Origin: Yuukianura sp. NJ FZ-2021
Lineage: Eukaryota
NCBI GenBank assembly: GCA_046563655.1
Contig: CM102283.1
Span: 62,001-126,000, forward strand
Length of the DNA stretch: 64,000 bases
Reading direction: 5' to 3'
Shown here: positions 55,258 through 64,000 of the stretch, one piece after another
How the letters are laid out: each line of letters starts with the position of its first letter
How positions within the stretch are numbered: position 1 is the first letter of the stretch
Made by a program: the position numbers and the translations under genes
Notes under the pieces: model-generated
What the model was told of the DNA's origin: nothing
Database searches by the model: none
Seen by the model: only the letters and a program-made list of their open reading frames with translations

Positions 55258-56490
55258 AAGTGTTTTCGATGTATTTCCGATTCCTCCCGTATTTCCCTTA
55301 GCGAAGTTAAAGTCGTTCCCAGATCCTCCAGCACTAGCGATCTGTCTGTCGTTTGTTGTCCCTTTGGTTTTTCCGTCGCTCTTGTTCCCTCCAGTCCCGA
55401 AGCTGATGATTTCAGCAGTTCTGAGTTTGCCCCGATTGTCCCTGGCCATATTGTAGGTGGACTTGTCCTTGAGCAAGAGTGTTCCCCCGTCCCTGTAGCA
55501 CCTTCAAGTGTTGTTCCGGCCGAGATTCCGCCAGTGACCATTCCAGATCCCCCAACGGTTCCCTCCAGTTGCGATTCTGCAGTTCCCAAGACCCAAAAGA
55601 AGAAGAAAAAGCCCCAGAAGCCCCGTTCCCAACGTTCAAGAGCATGCCCCTCAGACAAGTTCCCTCCTGGTTCCCAAGTCATATGTAACCTTTCCAGCAA
55701 TGGAAAGAGTTGCATCGGCTCTTCCCCTTGGCACGGTCCCTACCTTGTTGATAGCGCTCTCGCCAGCGACAGTGTTGCCATTGTCAACCTGCCTGGTTAC
55801 CCTTCATTTTATGAATGGGTGAACGTTTCCCACCTTGAACTTGTCGCTTCCACTCCCAAAACTTCAGTCGCAGCTTCCGTCCCTAATCCAAACGAGCTCC
55901 CTGCCCCAGTTGACGTCTCCACATTCCCCGAATGGTCCCTTGGCGATGACCCTGACCCCTTCATCCAACGTGCCCGCTTGATGGCTGAAGCGGATCACCC
56001 CAATCTCACGGAAGCAGAATACGCAGCAAACATTGTATCCTGGCTCGACATACCGCTAATTCCCTACTTTACGAGAGACGCAGAAACGGAAGATTCGATT
56101 CGACGACGTCTCCTCACACTTAACCAATATCCGGACTCTCCACCTTCGTACGACACTTGGAAATCCCTCATGTCAATGGAATGTCTCCCCTGTCCCCCTC
56201 GAGAGCAGTTTGGCGACTACAACTTATCGTGGGATTCTGATGAAGACATTTGCTCTGACGACTCTGACCAGTACTTCAGTTCGGTTGAAGATTCCTCATC
56301 CCTAGCGAGTGACAATGTCTCTCGTTCCCCAAGTCCCCCACAGCACACTGGAAGTATCCCTCTCCCTAGCCATCATGGTTCTGCCCCCGTCCCCACCCGT
56401 GATACTGGATATCCCCGAAAACGCAAGAAGCAGACTGGCTATTTCCGTGCACTCACATTGTTAGAAATTAAGGTTAATTTTAATTATTGA
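55258..56490 (+). CDS. Orphan open frame (stop-to-stop 55258-56490), probably retroelement-derived, with an integrase C-terminal GPY/F (SH3-fold)-like module
   Basis: Frame stays open upstream of the called GTG (55534) back to TGA 55255-55257; first in-frame ATG is only at 55981. FPPGSQV...PWHGPYLV...LPG...VNVSHLEL fits the GPY/F module pattern; the rest is Pro/Ser/acidic-rich. Confidence 0.5.
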   Translation, partial: KCFRCISDSSRISLSEVKVVPRSSSTSDLSVVCCPFGFSVALVPSSPEADDFSSSEFAPIVPGHIVGGLVLEQECSPVPVAPSSVVPAEIPPVTIPDPPTVPSSCDSAVPKTQKKKKKPQKPRSQRSRACPSDKFPPGSQVICNLSSNGKSCIGSSPWHGPYLVDSALASDSVAIVNLPGYPSFYEWVNVSHLELVASTPKTSVAASVPNPNELPAPVDVSTFPEWSLGDDPDPFIQRARLMAEADHPNLTEAEYAANIVSWLDIPLIPYFTRDAETEDSIRRRLLTLNQYPDSPPSYDTWKSLMSMECLPCPPREQFGDYNLSWDSDEDICSDDSDQYFSSVEDSSSLASDNVSRSPSPPQHTGSIPLPSHHGSAPVPTRDTGYPRKRKKQTGYFRALTLLEIKVNFNY

Positions 56491-57244
56491 TTTTAAGTTA
56501 AAAACCAGCGCCAGATTTGTTTTGTTATTTTTGAGAAAGAGGCGCTAAATTTGAGAAGGCGTTTTTCCTGGCGTGTCTTTGAATTGGAATTTGTGTGTTA
56601 AGATTTTTAGTAGGATTGTGGATATTAAGAAAGGAGAAGAATTCGGTCAAATTGGTTAATTTTCAGAATAAGTAAAATAAATGTTTCAAAATCAATTCTC
56701 GTGACTGCTTCGGTCCAACGAACGAAAATCACTTCTTCTCGGGGAGAGATTAAGGATTTAACACACATCTTCGTTTAATCGCCGCCGGAAATCTACAAAG
56801 AACGCCACACGAATCCGATATCCGATGACATTACGCAGCTCCCCTCCAGTATAACCTTAGCGGAGTTGTTGTAGCTCCGTTCCCTCCCCAATCCCAGTTT
56901 CCAGGCTCCACCCGTCGGTGTTGAAAGGTCAATCTTGACCTCACTTCGAAGAGCAACTTTTAGCTTGTACTTTGAGCGTGAGTCACAATGACTCACACGC
57001 TCATGAACTTTTATGAAAAAGTCTATTGTTTCGTCTTCTAAAAACTCAGAAACCAACTTCTAAAACTAAACTGAACTTTGGCTCTTCTTCACTATTTTTA
57101 CTTAGCATTTTTGGTTTTTCTCTGTAAGAAAATACATTTTGTAATATCAGTTCCGTTTTGCATTTCAATAAAATAGCATCTCAATAACCTCTGACCAACA
57201 AGCGATCGAAAGGAATTATTTCAGCAATTCCACTTCACAACAGT

Positions 57245-57659
57245 TGTAGCACCTCGTGCTACGTAAAACTGCCAAAGATGGCCTCAGACAAACGATCCGA
57301 GCACTGCCGGACTCATGCAACAAACTGAGGAACCAAAGAACACCAATGAAACAACACGAAGACAACACAAAGACACGAAGACAAATAAATATAAAATATA
57401 TTTATTTGTACAAAAGATACAAAGTCTTCAGCTCATGCTGAGACACACACCAAACACCGACTGACTAGCACAACTAGTCTCAATACTCTCCTGACTCTCC
57501 TCTACCACGCTAACTCTACTCAAAACTCGCGCTAAGCGCTAAACCAAATCTCACTAACGCTAAAACTAAACCATAACCTAACTACACTAACCTAAGGCCA
57601 CTCCCTAACCTCAAGGGGCAATTGACCCTAACCTAAAGGGGGAAAACCGGGGAACTACA
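57245..57659 (-). repeat. 3' LTR (415 bp)
   Basis: Minus strand starts TGTAG (57659) directly after the PPT and ends CTACA (57245), a 5-bp terminal inverted repeat; AATAAA at 57406-57401 followed by a GT-rich tract. The partner LTR is not in the window, so the distal boundary is inferred. Confidence 0.82.
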
Positions 57660-57672
57660 CCTTCCTCCTTCT
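57660..57672 (-). promoter_or_regulatory. Polypurine tract (plus-strand primer)
   Basis: Minus strand AGAAGGAGGAAGG immediately precedes the LTR's TG and overlaps the ORF3 TAG stop. Confidence 0.88.
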
Positions 57673-59683
57673 AAGGAGCGGGTTCCGGGGAATTCCTCGG
57701 GACACGATCTTCCGCCTCCTCCGCTTCTCTGGCTGCACGGTCTGCTTCTCGTTGCAAACGCTCTTCCTCGGCACGAATACGCTGATTCCGACGACGATTC
57801 ATGTTGAGCCGTCGCCTCCGATGACGTTTCCTAGCCTCTGCTTCCGGCAAATGACGAAATCGGCAAAACATCACATCAGTATGCCGCTCGCTTCCACAAT
57901 GGGGACAGTTTCTCCGATCTCGCCGATCTCTTCGGTCGGCTGCAGCTACTTCCTGAGGCTCCTCCTCCATCGCATCCATCGCTTCCTGGGGATCTTCCTC
58001 TGGTACTTGTGGTTCGTGAACCACATTCGGATCATCTTCTTGTGGTAATCCTACCACTTCACGTAGGTCATCTTCAGAAACGGTGACGATCAGCATCTCA
58101 CCGTCATCGCTGTCACTAAATTCCTGGACGTTGCACTCCACTTCCACTTCCGAATCAGCAACTTGGTCCGCTAATGGTTCGTCAGAAACGTCTGACAGAT
58201 CGGAAACATCCGATAAACCATCAATGTCAACAGGCACTGGAGCACTAATATTTACATTTTGGGAAGTCGTTTGTGCGACTTCCGCCTCCATCCTGGCAAT
58301 ATCTTCTCTTGTGACTGGCGTATCCCAGTCGAAAGCCGACAAATCTAAAGTCACCTTTTGCACTGTAGCAGGAACATTAGCACTTTTGGAAGTTGATTGA
58401 GCAACTTCCTGTTCCATTCTTTGTACATCTTCTTTAGTGATTGGTGTATCCCAATCAAACACCGATAAGTCCAGAGTCACTTTTTGCACTGTAGAAGTTG
58501 TAGCACCAACTTCTGTGACTCCGCCCACCACTTTTTTAGACACAAAATCTTCAAGTAGCATCTCCAACTGACCAAATGACAAAACATTTTTGCCAATCAC
58601 TCTTTCAATGTCCAACCTATTTTTAGGCCCTTCCTTGACCAATTGAGCACAAGTAACATCAGCAATGACTTCTTTTGGTTGAACGTCCAATTCCCTGGCA
58701 ACCAAGTCTCTCCAGCCGACAACTTGCTCCATCACACTTACACTTAAAGTGGGCATGTCCACTTTAGCCAGAATCTCACGGGCACTTAGATGAGGCTTAA
58801 ACTTGTAGACTTTTAAGCACAAATCGTTACATAGTTTGACAACCTCATTCCACTTAACACTTTCACTTTTGAAGTCATAACGTTGCTTCATGACTTCAAA
58901 CACACGTAAAAAATGTGTGTCACTCCTGGCGTATTGTAGCATGTCTGGATGCTTGTTTTCAATTGGACGGATCCTAAAGTCAGCAAGTTGACAATCCTTG
59001 CTCACTTTCACACCAGGCAAGTAGTCACTAATCACTTTGTCCAATCCACGTCCTTGAGTCCCTCCAAAGACAGAATCCACGATTTGAGTGTCAATTACAC
59101 CCACGAAGAAGATATGGTAATGAAGCTGGAACATGAGTAGGTCATTAACACTTCCATGTAGAATCTTGATGTAGTTGCCATTGGAGAAGATTTCCCTCAG
59201 CATTTGCATCTGGATTGGCACTACGAATGGATCAATGATGTAATCCGATTCTTGGGTCGAAATCTGCAGTACACAAACATAACGATCACGATATCCCTTG
59301 TCATGACTAAACTCCATGTCCACACTGATAACTCGTTCTGCTCTTAAGCAACCCAACATTACCATGAACTTTGCTTCTGTGTCGATAATGCGAATAGGAA
59401 CATATGATCTCTGGTCAGCAATTTTTTCCTTAGACGGCTCCATGACTGCATCCCACAACCGAAACACTTTCACTAGCGACGTGTGAGGATGATACTTGTA
59501 CGGAAATTCATCCCATGAATTCCGTTGAGCAGATTCAAATAAAAACATGTCCTTACGTTCCTGTGGACTCTTATCAGCCGTACCATACTTTAGTTCGCAT
59601 TCACGCCTCTTCTTCCAGTAATCTTGAGTTTTCTTTTTCTTTCCACTGACTGGAACCACATCACTAACAACGGATGATGGCAT
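57671..59683 (-). CDS. ORF3: RRP6/EXOSC10-like DEDDy 3'-5' exonuclease + HRDC, with low-complexity C-terminus (670 aa from first ATG)
   Basis: ExoI ISVDMEF, CVLQIST..DYIID, ExoII KILHGSVND, QLADFRIRP, ExoIII YARSDTH, HRDC-like GWRDLVARELD. First ATG at 59683; frame open from 59743. Confidence 0.92.
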   Translation of the reverse strand: MPSSVVSDVVPVSGKKKKTQDYWKKRRECELKYGTADKSPQERKDMFLFESAQRNSWDEFPYKYHPHTSLVKVFRLWDAVMEPSKEKIADQRSYVPIRIIDTEAKFMVMLGCLRAERVISVDMEFSHDKGYRDRYVCVLQISTQESDYIIDPFVVPIQMQMLREIFSNGNYIKILHGSVNDLLMFQLHYHIFFVGVIDTQIVDSVFGGTQGRGLDKVISDYLPGVKVSKDCQLADFRIRPIENKHPDMLQYARSDTHFLRVFEVMKQRYDFKSESVKWNEVVKLCNDLCLKVYKFKPHLSAREILAKVDMPTLSVSVMEQVVGWRDLVARELDVQPKEVIADVTCAQLVKEGPKNRLDIERVIGKNVLSFGQLEMLLEDFVSKKVVGGVTEVGATTSTVQKVTLDLSVFDWDTPITKEDVQRMEQEVAQSTSKSANVPATVQKVTLDLSAFDWDTPVTREDIARMEAEVAQTTSQNVNISAPVPVDIDGLSDVSDLSDVSDEPLADQVADSEVEVECNVQEFSDSDDGEMLIVTVSEDDLREVVGLPQEDDPNVVHEPQVPEEDPQEAMDAMEEEPQEVAAADRRDRRDRRNCPHCGSERHTDVMFCRFRHLPEAEARKRHRRRRLNMNRRRNQRIRAEEERLQREADRAAREAEEAEDRVPRNSPEPAP

Positions 59684-59713
59684 GATGGAAGTCAGGAAAT
59701 GACTTCCAAAACA

Positions 59714-59730
59714 CTGAAAAAGAATAACTG
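59714..59730 (-). promoter_or_regulatory. Candidate splice acceptor for a subgenomic ORF3 mRNA
   Basis: Minus strand cagttattctttttcag|tg lies between the pol stop (59744) and the ORF3 ATG (59683). Confidence 0.45.
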
Positions 59731-59743
59731 AACAGAGCACGTT

Positions 59744-62700
59744 TTAGTTTCTGTATCCAGCGAGTGTGCGATAGTTGAGCCGAACTTTTTTCCTCAAAGT
59801 TCTTCCTCCAGAGTTCGCTTCCTCCTCCGAGTCCGACCAATCCTCTGACTTAGTGGGAATTTTCGGAACCGCAAACTGCGACGTGCGAACAGTATAAGGC
59901 TTCAACTCCGACACATGACGCTTTCCAAAATTAGTTTTTTCAGGCAATGTCACAAGTTTGAAGGTCACTGGGGTTAACACTTCACTAATTTGGTATGGAC
60001 CAATGTAACGAGGGTCTAATTTTTTAGCAATTCCTTTCTTCTTGTCTGACAACGAATGATTTTTAATAAGCACTAAATCACCAACTTGAAAGTTTCCTTC
60101 TTGATGTTTAGAGTCATAATGCTTGATATTATGCTCATGTGCTTCTTCCATGTTCTTCCTCACGAACTGAATAATTTCTTCTAATTGAGCAGGCAGAAGT
60201 CCTAACTTCCGGACTTCCCTGTCACCATCACTTTGTAAGTTCCTATCAAGGGGCAGCGGAATCTCACGACCTAAATTTAGTAACGCAGGAGTCACTTTAG
60301 TAGTCGAATGGACAGAAGTTCTAAGAGCCAATGCGAACTTCTGGAGATGCTGGTCCCATGATCTATGATTCTTGTCGACATAAGCCTGCAGCATAGGCTT
60401 AAGGTTCCGATTGACCCTTTCAACTGTGTTAGCTTGCGCATGGTACGGACTTACAGGAACATGGTTGATCTTCCAGTCCTTAGCCATTTTAATCATCACT
60501 TTAGATAAAAATTGGCTTCCATTGTCCGACACAACTGTTTTCGGAGTACCATAACGACAAAAAATTTCATTCACTAACACTTCCACAACTTTTTTCGATT
60601 TTGCCTTCCGCATCGGGAATAACTCCACCCACTTGGATAAATCGTCTTCCACGACGAACAAATACTCATTTTGATTTGAAGATCTTGGCAGTGGTCCCAG
60701 AAAATCAATGTAGATTTTCTCAAACACTTTAGTTGGAGGTGACACTGCTTGTAATAATCCAAAGGGCTTGTAGTTGCAAGACTTGACTGCTTGGCAAACT
60801 GGACACGATTTCACATAATCACTGATGTCCTTATTCATGTTTTTCCAGAAAAATCTTCTCTTGATTTTCACTTTTGTGGCTTTGATGCCAAGATGCGCTG
60901 CTTCTGGCACATCATGAAGTAACTTCATTATTTCGGGTATCATGACCCTTGGTACCACTGGCACCTGAATGAGCTCACTTTTACGAGCTGAGGAACTGCT
61001 GAACTCTTTTTTGTCAACGTCCTCTCGAGTGATGTCGGAAGATTGAGGCCTCGTTTCCGCACACCGCCCCTCGATAATGTCTCCGCAGAACCCATTATCG
61101 GAATAGAAGTCAAAGCCTTTGACTTCTCTGCCTAGTACGCCATTCTCTAGGACGTAACTTCTAACACTTTTACCACTTTCGATGTCACTGATCACTTTCA
61201 CTAAATCAGGATCCTTTCGTTGTTCGTCTTTCATCTTCTGGATCGTAGGAGTATCAAACGACAGTAACGCCATGGCCATTGGCGAGTACATGTACGCCGG
61301 GGAATCATCTTCAAAATCGAGATCCGCTTCATCGACAGGAACTGGAGCCCGTGAAAGCGCGTCCGCCTCCACATTATCCTTCCCGGAGCGATGCTTGATC
61401 TCGACACCCCATGACTTGATCTCCGTATCTCACAAAGCCAATTTTGCTTTCCGCTCCTTCATCTTGTTGAGGAATGATAAGGCTTTGTTGTCAGTTATAA
61501 TTGTGAACTTCTGACCTTCAATGTATTCTCTGAGCTTCCGGTAGGCCCAAATAATCGCGAACAACTCTTTTTCGTAAATGTGGTACCGAATTTCTGATTT
61601 TCGGAGTGTTTTACTGATAAACATCACTGGTCTCTCCACACCATTAATCACTTGAGTTAAGGCCGCACCCAACCCATAATTCGACGCATCACACTTTAAC
61701 AAAATCGGATGGTCGTAGTCAACTGCATGTAACATCACATCGTTGCACATTGACTCTTTTAATGACTGGAACGACGTCTCCTGTTCTTCTCCCCAAACCC
61801 ACGGTTGATTTTTTCTTAGAAGTCGGTACAGTGGCTCTGCCTTTGCAGCAAAATGTTCAATAAATGGAGCATACCACTGAGTCATTCCATGGAAACTTTG
61901 CACTTCTTTGACGTTCTTCGGAGTAGGGAAATCCACTATGGCACTCACTTTTTTAGGACACTTTTGTAGACCATGTTCTGTCAAACGATGGCCCAACACA
62001 TCAACCTCTCTCCTACAACACTGTAACTTTTGAGGACTAATGGTGAGTCCCGCCATCTTCAACCTACTTAGCACTTTTTCTAAATGCAATAAATGTTCAT
62101 CCAGAGTCTTACTGAACAAAATGATATCGTCCATGTAGCACTTTGCAAAATTGGAGAATCCTTGGATGACTTTCCGCATCAACTGCTGACACGTCTTTGG
62201 ACTATTTTTTAATCCGAATGGCATCACCAGGAACTCATAATGGCCATCTTGAGTCACGAACGCTGACTTTTCAACACTGTCCGGATGCAACTTGACTTGC
62301 GAATAACCTTTCGCAAGATCAATCACTGTGTACCAATAACCAGCAGGAATTGTGTGTAAAATAGAATGAGCACTCTCCATTGGCGCAGCATTCGTCTTCG
62401 TTTGCTGGTTGAGCAACGTATAGTCCACACAGAGTCTCTTACTGCCGTCTTTCTTTGGTACCACCACAACTGGAGCTGCATATGGTGACCTTGAAGGTCT
62501 GATTAGACCTTCCTTCAACATTTCTTGAATTTGATCATTGATGATCTTCTGCATTTCTGGTGACCTTCTGTAGGGGTTCCTTGCCGGTGGACACCCTTCA
62601 TCTTCTATCACATGATGAGTCAGGTCCGTCCTTCCCAACTTTCCATCACTCCGGACGACCGTTGGAAATTTCTCTAGGACACGCTGAACTCTCACTTGCA

Positions 62701-63204
62701 CTTCACTATCTTGATTGTGACTTTCTGGTAAAGCCACTGAGAACAACGCAGTACCGGTTGTTTCTGTAGTGGAAGTCAACTTGAATTTCTGACTTCCATT
62801 GTCACCAAACCAAAATTCTTTACTTTTCAATCTAATTACAATGTCGTGCTGAAAACAAAAATCAGAACCTAACACACACTTAACTGGCAAACCCTCCGCC
62901 ACATAGAACTTTGACTTCAAAGTTCGACCACCAATTTTTATATACACAAAACAGAAGCCAATGAGACGCAGCTTCTGACTATTCATCATCGTTGTAGACT
63001 TATTTTTTAATGGAACTACAACTGACTGCAACTTTTCACATAACTGTACATCAATGAGTGACTGCGAACATCCCGTGTCGAAAATAGCCAAAAATTTCGA
63101 ATCTTCATTCGCCACAGTCACAAAAGGAATTAAATCGTCCGAAACTTGAATTAGGTAAGGGTGAATGATGGACGACTTCTCATTCACCACTGCGCGTTTA
63201 ACTT
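59744..63204 (-). pseudogene. pol: pol (protease, RT, RNase H, integrase) interrupted by one in-frame TGA at 61430-61432
   Basis: PR IFDTGCS; RT SPYAAPVVVVPKKDGSKRLCVDY, MPFGLKNSP, YMDD; RH CDASNYGLGAAL, EKELFAI, TDNKAL; IN HHCC, IDFLGP, SDNGSQF, VERVN, GPY. ORFs 61430-63190 and 59744-61372 are the same frame (KLAL*DTEIKSWGVEIKHRSGKDNVEADALSR). Confidence 0.93.
63132..63202 (-). promoter_or_regulatory. -1 programmed ribosomal frameshift signal (G_UUA_AAC plus predicted H-type pseudoknot)
   Basis: Slippery heptamer at 63202-63196 in gag phase; 7-nt spacer; 9-bp stem GGUGAAUGA/UCAUUCACC; loop UCGUCC is complementary to downstream GGACGA (63140-63135). Confidence 0.8.
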
Positions 63205-63999
63205 CTCATTAGAAGTCGACGCTTCATTTTTTTCAGGTGGCTCCTTCTTCTTTTTTGGGACTGGAGGTCCTTGAGGGACCTCCTCTTGAAATGACCCCAA
63301 GGCCAAACCAACACCTGATGGACACTGAAACTTACGATGCCCAAAACCATTACACTTGAAGCACTGAACATCACTTACATCTTGCCTGGAGGTCTGACCT
63401 TGACCTCTGCCTTGACCACCACCACGGTCGTTGTCATTTGAAGAACCACGATTACCACGGTAACCGCCCTTCCCACGTGCAGATGATTCATGTTGAGGCT
63501 GCACTGAATTCTTGTCATAATTGGATTTTGAACTTTGACCTTGTGACTGTTCATTGGGTTGAGATGAGGAATGTCCACTGTTCGGACTTCCATTGGTCTG
63601 AGATTGATCACTGGAATAATTCTTGTAGCCATTTCCCTTGCCTTTCCAGTGTCCACGGAAGCCATTATTTTTGGCTTCCTTCCCACGAAACCAATTATTC
63701 CCATTGGAAGTTCCAGCAGAACTTCCAGCATTCGAATTAGTGGAATTATCATCTTTCTTGACTGACTCTGACTTTGAGTCGACCTTGACAATTGGAGGTA
63801 ATCCGAATTTGTTTTTTGTGATTCTGTCTTCTGCTGTCAAATTAGCATGAGCAATTCTACATGCATCAAAAAGTGATTCCACTGTGTCGAATTGTTGAGT
63901 TCCTAGGGCTGTGCGAATCCTCGGATTCAAACCTAATTTAGCACGTAACACTGCATCAGCCACTGACTCATGTGGATAAATTAATCTGGAGCACCGAAC
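63184..63999 (-). CDS. gag: gag, C-terminal part (frame open to the window edge)
   Basis: Zinc knuckle CFKCNGFGHRKFQC (CX2CX4HX4C) preceded by an N/S/G/Q-rich linker; no stop between 63963 and the window end. Confidence 0.92.
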   Translation of the reverse strand, partial: VRCSRLIYPHESVADAVLRAKLGLNPRIRTALGTQQFDTVESLFDACRIAHANLTAEDRITKNKFGLPPIVKVDSKSESVKKDDNSTNSNAGSSAGTSNGNNWFRGKEAKNNGFRGHWKGKGNGYKNYSSDQSQTNGSPNSGHSSSQPNEQSQGQSSKSNYDKNSVQPQHESSARGKGGYRGNRGSSNDNDRGGGQGRGQGQTSRQDVSDVQCFKCNGFGHRKFQCPSGVGLALGSFQEEVPQGPPVPKKKKEPPEKNEASTSNEKLNAQW

Positions 64000-64000
64000 C

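Larger units (their letters stand above)
57245..64000 (-). mobile_element. Ty3/Gypsy LTR retrotransposon with an extra exonuclease ORF (5' part outside window)
   Basis: Order gag-PR-RT-RH-IN-ORF3-PPT-LTR on the minus strand; RT-RH-IN order and motifs are Gypsy-type. Confidence 0.96.

Noticed and set aside
55101-55715. Minus-strand 204-aa ORF and other short overlapping ORFs (e.g. 57752-58400, 63375-63850)
   Set aside because: Shadow frames of longer ORFs with no recognisable motifs.
57671-59740. ORF3 as env, or as the host RRP6 gene
   Set aside because: No furin site or transmembrane anchor is evident; it is intronless, appears to lack PMC2NT, and is enclosed between pol and the PPT/LTR.
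59744-59900. Chromodomain at the integrase C-terminus (chromovirus)
   Set aside because: After the GPY/F module there is only a short acidic/basic tail, with no aromatic-cage pattern.

Overview
Eukaryotic, AT-rich, repeat-derived window with no recognisable host gene. Bases 1-53067 are a tandem satellite with a 127-bp monomer (roughly 360 copies). It is interrupted by three copies of one 5'-truncated CR1-group LINE that share their junctions, and by one tRNA-derived SINE with a 15-bp TSD. After a 100-N gap (53068-53167) come a hAT-type MITE, an orphan ORF carrying an integrase-like GPY/F module, and a minus-strand Ty3/Gypsy LTR retrotransposon (gag, -1 frameshift signal, PR-RT-RH-IN, PPT, 415-bp 3' LTR; 5' end outside the window). 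The main finding is the element's third ORF: in the position where env normally sits it encodes an intronless RRP6/EXOSC10-like DEDDy 3'-5' exonuclease plus HRDC domain with all catalytic residues present, followed by repeats, an acidic tract, a CCHC-like knuckle and an Arg-rich tail. All homology calls are from motif recognition by eye; no searches were run.
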